Below are positions 25,996-35,063 of a stretch of DNA of 57,662 nucleotides, one piece after another (positions within the stretch are counted from its first letter, which is position 1; each line of letters begins with the position of its first letter). A program made the position numbers and the translations under genes. Location of the stretch: assembly GCA_029567095.1 (NCBI GenBank), contig JAKQLP010000140.1, positions 1 to 57,662 of the forward strand. Reading direction: 5' to 3'. Source of the stretch: a bacterium (GTDB taxonomy: Bacteria; Patescibacteriota; Dojkabacteria; B142; OLB20). The notes below the pieces were generated by a model. It was not told the DNA's origin. It did no database searches and saw nothing but the letters and a program-made list of their open reading frames with translations.

Positions 25996-27129
25996 TTAGG
26001 AATATTGTATACTAAAATCTATTAACCTGGAAAGACCTATTTTGAATTTTTCAGGATCTTGAAGTAGTGAAATTATTACTTTCTTTGAATCGGGTGGGAA
26101 GTCATAAAAATATCCGGGATGAACTGCCAAATGATATTCTTCTAATAATTTTAAGGCGATCTTTTCATTTTCCCAAGCTAAAGCAGGAAAGTTTACTACG
26201 CAATGTATACCACCTTGAGGAATAATTATATTAACTAAGGTACTAGATATATTCTTTAATTGATTCCTATTTGTGTTTAGAATCTCAAGCCATTGCTCTC
26301 TCTTTACTTTGCCTTTGTTAAATAGGGAGGGTAATAAGGATTGGCTCAGATAGGAACAATTAAGATAAGTATCATTAGCAGTTTCCAGCTTATCTATCAA
26401 ACTTAATTCGCAATTATGTAAGGCTATCCATGCTAACTTTAGATCTGGACTAGCAAGTGCTTTGGAGATGCCATTTAGGATTATGACTTTATTTCCCTCG
26501 ACAATATTCTTAAGCAACTCACCATGATCATTACCTTCATATACATAGTCACTAAATACTTCATCTAGGATCAATAAAATATCTTTATCTCTAATTAAAT
26601 CCAGAATACTTTTTATTTGCTCTTTACTTATCATCATACCAGTTGGATTATTAGGGGAGATCAAAATCAGAGCCTTAGCCTTTGAAATGTTTTTCTTCAA
26701 ACTCAATAAATCAATCATCCATTTACCCTCCTCTTCTATTAAATCGTAGTAGAGTGGTTCAGTTCTTGCATAAGAGGCAAGGTATGAGAATAAGGGATAT
26801 GAAGGGTTGGGTAATAATATCTTGTCTTTACTTTGAAGAAGGCTGGAAAATATTAATGAATAGCTCTCAGATGTTGAAGCTGTAATTAATATATTCTCAG
26901 GATCAAGCTCTACATTCTTTGCTTTATAATATTCAGCTATAGCTTGACGGGCTTTTAATAATCCTTTGGACTCTGGTGCATAATCCCTATTATTGAGATA
27001 TGTTTCAAGTTCCAGTTTTAAGTCTGAGTAATCAATCAAAGGAGTTAGTGAGGTGAAGTTAGTATTTGTTAGATCTAGAAAATCAGCCTCACCTTTTATG
27101 CTTTCAAGTAGTTCGGAATAGGGATTCAT
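25996..27129 (-). CDS. Class I/II PLP-dependent aminotransferase
   Basis: SPNNPTG, LDEVFSDY and NGISKALASPDLKLAW (SK Schiff-base lysine) are the class I aminotransferase motifs. Confidence 0.8.
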   Translation of the reverse strand: MNPYSELLESIKGEADFLDLTNTNFTSLTPLIDYSDLKLELETYLNNRDYAPESKGLLKARQAIAEYYKAKNVELDPENILITASTSESYSLIFSSLLQSKDKILLPNPSYPLFSYLASYARTEPLYYDLIEEEGKWMIDLLSLKKNISKAKALILISPNNPTGMMISKEQIKSILDLIRDKDILLILDEVFSDYVYEGNDHGELLKNIVEGNKVIILNGISKALASPDLKLAWIALHNCELSLIDKLETANDTYLNCSYLSQSLLPSLFNKGKVKREQWLEILNTNRNQLKNISSTLVNIIIPQGGIHCVVNFPALAWENEKIALKLLEEYHLAVHPGYFYDFPPDSKKVIISLLQDPEKFKIGLSRLIDFSIQYS

Positions 27130-27836
27130 GCTTTCTTTAAAATCATATATATTTCATTATTGGCTTTGATCTTATCCAGCTCTATTCTAAAGCCGTGATC
27201 ATTAGCTATTGAAGATACTTCTTCAGATCCCCACCATTTCTGGATCAATTCAGCAGTGATTGTTTCAACAAGATCTCCCGAATATATTGTTAAACGCTCA
27301 ATTGATTTAGAAATATTATTTCTTCTATCAAACTCCTGAACCTTGAATTGATATTTGAAGCTCTGCCCCTCATATTCCCCTTTATATTCAAAGTCTAAAT
27401 TAATTGGGTCAATTTCTTTAATATCATCAAAATTTATAATGATTATGCCCTTCTCATTTAATATTGTTCTTGATTTTACAAAGAATTCATTAAGCTCATT
27501 ATTATCATGACAAATCTCATTTAATGAATTCCAAAATAGAAGCAGAGCATCGAACTTTTCTGAGATGACTGCTCTATTGAATTCTGCATTATAAAGCTGA
27601 ACTTTTCTATTTAATTTCTCTGACAGTAATTTAAGATGAATATTATTACTATCCAAACCTGAAAGGTCATAGCCAAGATGAAGCAAAGGAATTAAATGCC
27701 TACCGCTACCGCAGGCAATGTCTAAGATATGCCCTGATTTTAAGTGCTTTTGAATAAGTGCGATCTCCTGCCTGGTCACCTCATCATTTTTAGTGATGGA
27801 TGCTATCAGATCATAATATGAGGATAGATTTCCCAT
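27126..27836 (-). CDS. Class I SAM-dependent methyltransferase
   Basis: ILDIACGSGRH (motif I) and FDALLLFWNSLNEI. 4-nt overlap with the aminotransferase gene. Confidence 0.8.
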   Translation of the reverse strand: MGNLSSYYDLIASITKNDEVTRQEIALIQKHLKSGHILDIACGSGRHLIPLLHLGYDLSGLDSNNIHLKLLSEKLNRKVQLYNAEFNRAVISEKFDALLLFWNSLNEICHDNNELNEFFVKSRTILNEKGIIIINFDDIKEIDPINLDFEYKGEYEGQSFKYQFKVQEFDRRNNISKSIERLTIYSGDLVETITAELIQKWWGSEEVSSIANDHGFRIELDKIKANNEIYMILKKA

Positions 27837-27838
27837 TA

Positions 27839-28861
27839 TTAAAGTGAGGTCAGATTTACATCACTAAGATTTGCTTTATCAGCATATATCATAGCTAATC
27901 GATCAATTCCCATGCCTATTCCAGCTACGGTGGGCATACCCAGTTTCATTAATTCAATCATTTCTTTCTCCATATTTATTTGGGGCAATCCTAACTCCTT
28001 TCTTGCTTTTTGCTCTTCAATAAACCTTCTTTCCTGTTCCTGCCAGTCAGTTTGTTCAGTATACCCGTTGGCAATTTCCTTACCAGCCAAGTAAAGTTCG
28101 ACCTTCATTGCTACTAGAGGATCATTAGGATTAACCTTGGTTAAAGGGCAGAGCTGAACAGGATAGTCATAGACAAAGCAGGGCTTGTCTGCTGGTAGAT
28201 TGGGCTCGATCTCATTGGCAAAGATTAATTCAAATAAGCTTTGCCAATCGAATTCTTTAGCATTGTTGTAATGTTTTTTTAAGGCGATGTTTTGGAAATC
28301 GTGTAAAGTTTGGATCTCTTCCAGATCAATTGAGCAATATTGTTTCAAAGCTTGTCTTATTGAGAGCCTGGGGAAAGGGGCGGATAGATCAATATTTTGT
28401 CCCTGATAAGTCAATTTGGAGCTTACAGTCCTTTTTAACTTTCTATCGAGATAATTTTTAATATTTAACAATAATATTTCCGTACTCTCCATTAAATGAG
28501 TATAGTCATGATCAAGTTCATACCATTCCAGCATTGTAAACTCAGGTGCATGGTTGAGACTTAATTCCTCCATGCCTCTAAATACTTTAGAGATAACAAA
28601 GTGATTGCCTAAACCAGCACAAAGCACTAACTTATTGTAGCGCTCTGTTGAAGGAATAAGATAAATTTCCTGGTCCCCAATTTTTGTTGACAGCACATTC
28701 AAGTATCTTTCCTGAGGTAAGGTCGGTGCCAGAATGGGACTTTCCAATTCATGAAATCCTCTTTTATTAAAGAAATTCCTGATGCTTTTGAGTATAAGTT
28801 CTTTAATAAATATACCCTGCCATTTGGAAGGATCGTTTTTTAATTCAATTGCTCTAGGCAT
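27839..28861 (-). CDS. epmA: EF-P lysine aminoacylase (LysRS catalytic-domain paralogue, EpmA/GenX/PoxA)
   Basis: Class II aaRS motifs (GFHELESP; FRGMEELSLNHAPEFTMLEWY; GIGMGIDRLAM) with no anticodon-binding domain, 6 nt downstream of efp. Confidence 0.8.
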   Translation of the reverse strand: MPRAIELKNDPSKWQGIFIKELILKSIRNFFNKRGFHELESPILAPTLPQERYLNVLSTKIGDQEIYLIPSTERYNKLVLCAGLGNHFVISKVFRGMEELSLNHAPEFTMLEWYELDHDYTHLMESTEILLLNIKNYLDRKLKRTVSSKLTYQGQNIDLSAPFPRLSIRQALKQYCSIDLEEIQTLHDFQNIALKKHYNNAKEFDWQSLFELIFANEIEPNLPADKPCFVYDYPVQLCPLTKVNPNDPLVAMKVELYLAGKEIANGYTEQTDWQEQERRFIEEQKARKELGLPQINMEKEMIELMKLGMPTVAGIGMGIDRLAMIYADKANLSDVNLTSL

Positions 28862-28866
28862 GAGGA

Positions 28867-29427
28867 TTAGTTCTCTTTTGAAACGTAAAGTCCTGTCTCA
28901 GTATTGATGACTACTTTATCATCTTGCCTGATAAAAAGAGGGACAAAAACCTTGGCACCGGTTTCCAGAATAGCTTCTTTAGTGGCATTGCCGGAGGTGT
29001 TTCCTTTTACGGCTTCACTGGTTTCAACTACATTCAAAGCAATTTTGGCTGGTAACTGTACTGATATAGCAGCTCCTTCATAGATGATAATTATATACTT
29101 AGCTTCTGTATGAAGGTAATTAGTACCCCCATCAACCATCTCTAGAGGTACTGTTAATTGTTCGAAACTAATAGGATCCATAAAGTAGGCATCCTTTTCA
29201 TCAGCGTAAAGGTATTGCATGGATTTTGTCTCCACCTCTAATTCATCCAGTTTCTCTCCAGATTTAAAAACCTGATTAAGGATTTTACCAGTCTTGATAT
29301 TTTTAATCTTGGTCCTTGTGAAGGCCCCTCCTTTTCCTGGAGAATAAAATTCTTTGGCAATGACAATATAGGGCTCATTATTATAGCTGATTATCATGCC
29401 TTTTCTGATTTCTGTAGTAAATGCCAT
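28867..29427 (-). CDS. efp: Elongation factor P
   Basis: YSPGKGGAFTRTKIKN loop with the modifiable Lys (K32) and three OB/KOW-like domains; 186 aa. Confidence 0.95.
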   Translation of the reverse strand: MAFTTEIRKGMIISYNNEPYIVIAKEFYSPGKGGAFTRTKIKNIKTGKILNQVFKSGEKLDELEVETKSMQYLYADEKDAYFMDPISFEQLTVPLEMVDGGTNYLHTEAKYIIIIYEGAAISVQLPAKIALNVVETSEAVKGNTSGNATKEAILETGAKVFVPLFIRQDDKVVINTETGLYVSKEN

Positions 29428-29488
29428 GATTGATTAGAAAGTTAAAATAAAATCTTGTAATTATATAACAATATTGAAGATTAAAGAA

Positions 29489-30253
29489 TTACTTGGTCAG
29501 TATGATAGGTTCTTTCTCAGTCACAAGAACAGTATGTTCAAAGATGGCAAATTTCTTCCCATCTGCCATTTTAGTCTGCCAAGCATCAGGTCCAGGATAA
29601 TCAATATCAGGTTCTCCCTGGCAGGCCAGTGTTTCAATAGCTAAAGTCATTCCTGATTGCAATTTGAGTCCCTGTCCTTTTTTACCATAGCAAGGAATAT
29701 CCGGTGACTCATGCATGGAAAGACCAATACCATGACCAACAAAATCCCTTAACACATTAAAGCCTGCTAATTGCATTATGGTTTGAATAGCATAGGAAAT
29801 ATCACCTACATGATTACCGGCAATTGCCTGCTTTATACCGGCGCTGGAAGCCATTTGTGTTACTTCGATAAATCTCTCTGTTTCACTGTCTGCGGAGCCT
29901 GCTACACAAGTGAAAGCACTATCAACATGCATTCCTTTATACGAGATAACAGTATCCACAGCAATGGAATCACCCTCTTTTAAGTACTGTCCCTTATCAG
30001 GGTAACAATGAACAGCTTGATCATTGATACTGATACATAAGCCTGTAGGGAATGGAGGCAAGCCATGAGTCTGATAATTTTTGCACGAGGGAATTACTTT
30101 ATGCTCTTCACATAGTCTCAGAAATTCTAATTCCAGATCCATGGTCATGAGACCAGGTTTGATCATAGCTTTTAATTTTTTTAATATGCTCCTGAGGATT
30201 TTACCGCCCTCTTGCATAGCAATAATTTGTGGTTTATTTTTTATTAGATTCAT
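29489..30253 (-). CDS. map: Methionine aminopeptidase, type I
   Basis: HCYP...DSIAVD..., VGHGIG..HE and FEHTVLVT are pita-bread metal-ligand motifs. Confidence 0.93.
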   Translation of the reverse strand: MNLIKNKPQIIAMQEGGKILRSILKKLKAMIKPGLMTMDLELEFLRLCEEHKVIPSCKNYQTHGLPPFPTGLCISINDQAVHCYPDKGQYLKEGDSIAVDTVISYKGMHVDSAFTCVAGSADSETERFIEVTQMASSAGIKQAIAGNHVGDISYAIQTIMQLAGFNVLRDFVGHGIGLSMHESPDIPCYGKKGQGLKLQSGMTLAIETLACQGEPDIDYPGPDAWQTKMADGKKFAIFEHTVLVTEKEPIILTK

Positions 30254-30313
30254 GATTTCATACTTTCCATAAGGATTATACTAGATACGTACCTTAATTT
30301 ACAGGACTAGTTA

Positions 30314-30342
30314 TTGACACTTGCTTACATACCAGATAGGAT
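30314..30342 (+). promoter_or_regulatory. Sigma-70-like promoter of the exonuclease gene
   Basis: TTGACA (30314..30319), 17-nt spacer, TAGGAT (30337..30342), about 20 nt before the ATG at 30362. The TTG inside the -35 box is what the ORF track used as a start. Confidence 0.5.
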
Positions 30343-30361
30343 ATTAGACTTGCAGTTAATC

Positions 30362-30973
30362 ATGGATAAATTTATTAAGCGATACAAAAATCTGCTATTT
30401 GTTGATGTAGAGACTACAGGTCTCGATCCTATCAACGACAGGATCATCGAGATTGGGATAGTTAAAGTAGATAAGGATAATAATAAATCAACCTTTTCAA
30501 GACTAGTTAATCCAGGATATAAGATCAGTAAAGAGGTAAGACAATTGACTGGAATTAAATTGAAAGATTTAGCAACTGCCCCTCTTTTTGATGAATTGCT
30601 TAATGATCTTTTAGATTACTTCAAAGCTGATCTGTTTATTGCCCATAATGCCAAGTTCGACTTTGACTTTATCAGTGAAGAACTGACAAGGCATAATCAG
30701 GAACTCTTGGTTTCATACGTAGATACAATTAAACTTGCCAAGCATTTCTATCCAAATTATCTCACCTATTCCCTTGATAGCATTATAGCCAGATTAAAGT
30801 TAACAGTAGGTAAAAGACATCGCGGTCTAGATGATGCCGAGGTGTTATGGCAACTTTATCATAAGCTGATATTAGACTTTGGTGAAGAGCATGTCCAAAA
30901 TGCCATCCACAAATTCGTAATTACCCCTAAAAGGAGAAGGACAGGAGATAAAACCCAGGTAAGCTTGTTTTAA
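30362..30973 (+). CDS. DEDDh 3'-5' exonuclease (DNA polymerase III epsilon-like)
   Basis: FVDVETTGL (Exo I), IAHNAKFDFDF (Exo II) and HRGLDDAEVL (Exo III with His). Confidence 0.85.
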   Translation: MDKFIKRYKNLLFVDVETTGLDPINDRIIEIGIVKVDKDNNKSTFSRLVNPGYKISKEVRQLTGIKLKDLATAPLFDELLNDLLDYFKADLFIAHNAKFDFDFISEELTRHNQELLVSYVDTIKLAKHFYPNYLTYSLDSIIARLKLTVGKRHRGLDDAEVLWQLYHKLILDFGEEHVQNAIHKFVITPKRRRTGDKTQVSLF

Positions 30974-31500
30974 TTACGATTAGATTCAGGTTGTGCACCT
31001 TTTCCAAATAGAACTTCAGGATGTTCCCCTAGATCTATGAAATCATCAGCAATTTCCATTAATTCCTTATTAGTAGCTCCTTTAAACGACATTACCTCAA
31101 CCAGACAACCCAGAGATTGTTGCAGATAATTTACAACTGGCTTGAAATCGCCATCGCCTGATAGAAGTACTATAGAATCAACTTTATCACCAAGTCTAAC
31201 AGCATCCATGGCAATACCAACATCCCAGTCTCCTTTTTTAGCTCCTCCCACAAATACCTGCAGATCTTTTTCTTTTACTTCAAAACCGGCATTGTTTAGA
31301 GCTTCAAAAAAGTTTTGCTCCTTGGTCTCATCAGTCCTAATCGTGTAGGCTATTGCTCTGACTAAAATCCTACCCTGTACACATAAGTTTAGTAAATGCT
31401 TGTAATTGACTTTAGTTTTGTACATGGCCATTGAGGAATGATAGAGATTTTGTACATCTACTAAGACAGCAATTCTCTGATTGGGGTTACGAAAGATCAT
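30970..31500 (-). CDS. NYN-domain (LabA/DUF88-like) protein
   Basis: IAVLVDVQNLYHS ... VLLSGDGDFKPVV is the LabA-like NYN pattern. Confidence 0.8.
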   Translation of the reverse strand: MIFRNPNQRIAVLVDVQNLYHSSMAMYKTKVNYKHLLNLCVQGRILVRAIAYTIRTDETKEQNFFEALNNAGFEVKEKDLQVFVGGAKKGDWDVGIAMDAVRLGDKVDSIVLLSGDGDFKPVVNYLQQSLGCLVEVMSFKGATNKELMEIADDFIDLGEHPEVLFGKGAQPESNRN

Positions 31501-31517
31501 AAAATTAATTTAAAAAT

Positions 31518-32201
31518 TTAAATAAATATATTAAGAGATAAGAATAAAAGAAATTGTAGCATTAGTTGCAAAGGAACAATATTTGTATTGTTTTTTAATT
31601 TTAAATAATGAGCCAGGAAGCTAAGAACAAAGGAGATCATAAACCAGGCTAAATAGTTTTGGGCAGGCACTTTAACTTCCTGCCAGTTCCAAAAACCTAA
31701 AGCTATAGCTACTGGTTCCAGGATATAATCGAAAACAACACACGCTGCTCCTGTAATAAAAGCTTTAGCAATTTTATCTTTAGTCAAAAACGAAGCAAAC
31801 GAATAAGCTCCCCAGATTACCATGACCCAGTTTAGTCCAATGATTAGAGGGACTTGAGCTAATTTAATCCCTAATATGTCTCCATAAGTATAGGCTCCGA
31901 ATATATTGCCGGAACTAACACCATACGCTTCTAAATAGAAGGAAATAAGTCCTGCAGGTATTAGCCAAAGCCAGTAAGTGATATTTCTGGCTATGAATTC
32001 GGTATTAAAGACCATCAGGGCATTAAATAATAAGAAAAGAGGTGTTAATTGTAAAAATAGAGGTCGGCTTTGCTCCCAAGCCAGACCAATAGCACCAACT
32101 AGGTAACTCACAATTAAGATTGTGCTCAAGATTTTAAACTTGGGAGCTATTTCATTCTGATACTCCGATTTGGGCGAAATACTCGGCATATTTATGATCA
32201 T
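31518..32201 (-). CDS. DUF422 / carotenoid-biosynthesis-type membrane protein
   Basis: GNIFGAYTYGDILG...VPLIIGLNWVMVIW and FDYILEPVAIALGFWNW...PAQNYLAWF match the Caroten_synth (DUF422) pattern. The track start overlaps the hemerythrin gene by 50 nt, so the start is uncertain. Confidence 0.65.
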   Translation of the reverse strand: MIINMPSISPKSEYQNEIAPKFKILSTILIVSYLVGAIGLAWEQSRPLFLQLTPLFLLFNALMVFNTEFIARNITYWLWLIPAGLISFYLEAYGVSSGNIFGAYTYGDILGIKLAQVPLIIGLNWVMVIWGAYSFASFLTKDKIAKAFITGAACVVFDYILEPVAIALGFWNWQEVKVPAQNYLAWFMISFVLSFLAHYLKLKNNTNIVPLQLMLQFLLFLSLNIFI

Positions 32202-32571
32202 AAATATCTAAATGCTGGACCAGCCAATTTTCCAGGAAATCAAAGATCTCAGGCAGGATTTTCTTCCCTTCCAGATTATATTTTTCAATGAGCTTGGTTA
32301 GATCTGCTGTAAGCTGATCATGTATAGCTTTATGCTCTTGAAATTCAGGGAAATTGTATTTTTGCATATATCCTTCCTCAGTAGCAAAATGAGTTGAGGC
32401 GTAAGAAACCAGATCTGACATTAAGGGATCGATTTCCTCTTTAGATGCTAGATGTTCAAATTTATGATAGAGCAGATTTAAAATACTGACAAAATGTTTA
32501 TGCTGTTGATCAATAATAGTAATATTTGTAAGCAGGCGATCTTCCCAAATTATTAAATCCTTTTCTTCCAT
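32152..32571 (-). CDS. Bacteriohemerythrin-like protein
   Basis: IDQQHKHF, HFATEEGYM, EHKAIHDQL and WLVQHLDIYDHKY give the His/Glu/Asp di-iron ligand pattern. Confidence 0.85.
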   Translation of the reverse strand: MEEKDLIIWEDRLLTNITIIDQQHKHFVSILNLLYHKFEHLASKEEIDPLMSDLVSYASTHFATEEGYMQKYNFPEFQEHKAIHDQLTADLTKLIEKYNLEGKKILPEIFDFLENWLVQHLDIYDHKYAEYFAQIGVSE

Positions 32572-32637
32572 AATTATTCAGTGAAAATTATTTTGCTAGA
32601 ATTTATTGTATCATTATTAACATAGATTAATTAGAGG

Positions 32638-33654
32638 GTGAACAAAAAGCAATCGACCATCATTAAAGGTTTAGCAATACTAATGATAGTCCTTTATCAT
32701 GAGCAGTATAATCTGGCCTCGCTTATATACCTGATAGAACGAGGTGAAGGTCCCCTATCCTATTTCGAAAGGATTGCAGGATTAATCTCGCAAGACGCTA
32801 TAAATATCATTCCTTTTCTTTATTATCTGGGATTTGGAGCTGTTGGAGTATTTTTTATCCTATCAGGCCTTGGACTCGCTATTAAATATTCCAAGGAGAA
32901 ATTAACCTTAAGGAAATACTTAAAGCAGATCATTAAGCTCTTGATACCCTACTTTATTGCTATACCAGTTACTTTTATTATCAATTATGCATTGCAATAT
33001 CTTTGGCTCCAAAGTGGGATAATCTCACAAATGCCTCAACCGTTTGAGATTTATACTCCCAATCAATATATTGAAAGCTACCTTGTCTTTACAAGATGGT
33101 TCAGCGACAGATTGGCCTTAAATTTTGTAGGGACCTGGTGGTTTGTGGGAATAATTCTACAATTCTATCTACTTTTTCCATTATTATTTAATATTTCAAA
33201 AAAGCTGGGACCAAAGAATTTCTTAATAATTACACTGTTAATATCTTTCATATATCGAGCAATAGTAGCTTATGCCACCAATAGTTCACCTGTCGGGATC
33301 CAAGGTGCAGAACTGTTGTACTTTATCAATTTCCCGGCACGCTTGCCAGAGTTCGCTTTTGGCATATATTTAGCTAGTAATCAGGGGATTTTAAAATATA
33401 GATACATTACCCTTTTTGGGCTCTTGTTGTTCATGGGGGGATTGATTTTATCCACCACTACTATTGGTTTAGCTTTTAATGATTTCTTATTAGGACTTGG
33501 ATTATTATTAATTCTATTCAAGCTGGCAAATTGGATCAAAGGCTTAAAATTTAATATATTTGAAATTCTAGGTAAGTATTCCTATCAAATATATCTCTAT
33601 CATGAGCCAGCTTTAAAAATGATAGCTAAAATTGTATTTCCTGATATTTTCTAG
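32638..33654 (+). CDS. Acyltransferase family 3 membrane protein
   Basis: Ten or so TM helices. N-terminal IKGLAILMIVLYH and central FFILSGLGL are typical of acyltransferase-3/OafA-type enzymes. Confidence 0.7.
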   Translation: MNKKQSTIIKGLAILMIVLYHEQYNLASLIYLIERGEGPLSYFERIAGLISQDAINIIPFLYYLGFGAVGVFFILSGLGLAIKYSKEKLTLRKYLKQIIKLLIPYFIAIPVTFIINYALQYLWLQSGIISQMPQPFEIYTPNQYIESYLVFTRWFSDRLALNFVGTWWFVGIILQFYLLFPLLFNISKKLGPKNFLIITLLISFIYRAIVAYATNSSPVGIQGAELLYFINFPARLPEFAFGIYLASNQGILKYRYITLFGLLLFMGGLILSTTTIGLAFNDFLLGLGLLLILFKLANWIKGLKFNIFEILGKYSYQIYLYHEPALKMIAKIVFPDIF

Positions 33655-34824
33655 ATGAAGAAATTTTTATTAAAGATAATTAAAGAGAATTGGCTAATTA
33701 TTACCCTGATCACATTCCTTTCTTCCCTGTTTTTTCTCACATACCCTGCTGGATATCTTTCTATCGATGAGCATGATTATGTAGAGGGGGCAAAACTTAT
33801 CTGGCAGGGGAAATTAAGACAAGAATGCGATCCCCAAAACATTTCCCAGATCGATATAGGTGATTATTGTATCTATAAATACAATATTGGCACCTCTTTT
33901 TTTTTATTACCCATTAACCTTTTAGGTGAAAATGCAGTTTATGTGATAGCGCATCTAGCATTTATTGTTTCCCTAATATTTTTCTATCTTATTTTGAAGC
34001 AAATTAAATTACCCAAAGAGCTTATTGTTTTTTATGCATTATTCCCAGCAATTACTTATTATTCGAGAACTGCTTATTCTGAGATATATTCAATACTATT
34101 ATCACTGGCCTTCTTCTATTTCTACATTAAAAATAGAAGAAGCGATAATATTTTGGCTGGAGTAGCTATGGGCATCTCACTCTTCGTTAGGCCTACCAAC
34201 CTATTCTTTTATGCTGTATTTATTTTGGTTGAGGTCTTACGTAAGCCAAGGCCCCCAGTCTTTATTAATAATGTGATAAACCTATTTCTGGAATTACTAA
34301 TAGGATTCACTCCTTTTGTAATATTGTTTTTGCTTTTCAATGACTATTTGTATTTAAGTCCGTTTAAGAGTGGATATTCATATTCAGGAGATCTAAATAG
34401 CTTTGATCTTTCTTTATTACCGATGAATCTGCTTAATTATTTTATCCTTTTGAATTTGTTCCTGCCCGGTATGCTCATTGGAGCTTTCTTTAGTAAGAAT
34501 AGATTTAAATGGCCGATAATTCTGGGATTCTTAGTGTTATTGATATTTTATAGTGCTACATCAAATAACAATTGGAAGAGTGATATTAATCTAATCATTG
34601 GAATAAGATTTCTAATGCCGGCACTTCCATTAGTCTTGCTACTCTATCTTGATGTGATCAAAAACATTGTTAAAGGCAGACTTCTTGTTATTATTACAAT
34701 TGTTTTATCTTGCATCATGATCTTAATGCAGTATATGCATTTTCAATATCTTAATGAAAATGTGCCGCAATGGTTAGAAAACCATAAGAAAGGAATGCAG
34801 GATAATGAATTAAGCTGGTATTAA
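33655..34824 (+). CDS. GT-C fold membrane glycosyltransferase-like protein (ArnT/PMT-type)
   Basis: Starts 1 nt after the upstream stop. Polytopic. The first loop carries DEHDY, an acidic motif in the DE/DD position of GT-C enzymes. The assignment is tentative. Confidence 0.55.
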   Translation: MKKFLLKIIKENWLIITLITFLSSLFFLTYPAGYLSIDEHDYVEGAKLIWQGKLRQECDPQNISQIDIGDYCIYKYNIGTSFFLLPINLLGENAVYVIAHLAFIVSLIFFYLILKQIKLPKELIVFYALFPAITYYSRTAYSEIYSILLSLAFFYFYIKNRRSDNILAGVAMGISLFVRPTNLFFYAVFILVEVLRKPRPPVFINNVINLFLELLIGFTPFVILFLLFNDYLYLSPFKSGYSYSGDLNSFDLSLLPMNLLNYFILLNLFLPGMLIGAFFSKNRFKWPIILGFLVLLIFYSATSNNNWKSDINLIIGIRFLMPALPLVLLLYLDVIKNIVKGRLLVIITIVLSCIMILMQYMHFQYLNENVPQWLENHKKGMQDNELSWY

Positions 34825-35045
34825 TTTAAAGCGTTATCTGTTTGCGGTATGTAATACAGGATGTGATTAATCAGACCGTTATTGATATCACTCATGATGT
34901 AATACTTCTGTTGAGTCACCAGATAAAGGGACATAAAGATGAAGCTGGTGTAGATAAATATTAGAAGCAGGGCATAAGCAATGATCCTTTTAATAACCCA
35001 CTTCTTTTCAGACATGAGTTTTATCATTAACTCTTTTTCATTCAT
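34821..35045 (-). CDS. Hypothetical small membrane protein
   Basis: 74 aa with one TM helix (IIAYALLLIFIYTSFIFMSLYLV). Confidence 0.4.
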   Translation of the reverse strand: MNEKELMIKLMSEKKWVIKRIIAYALLLIFIYTSFIFMSLYLVTQQKYYIMSDINNGLINHILYYIPQTDNALN

Positions 35046-35063
35046 AGAATTTAATATTAACAG

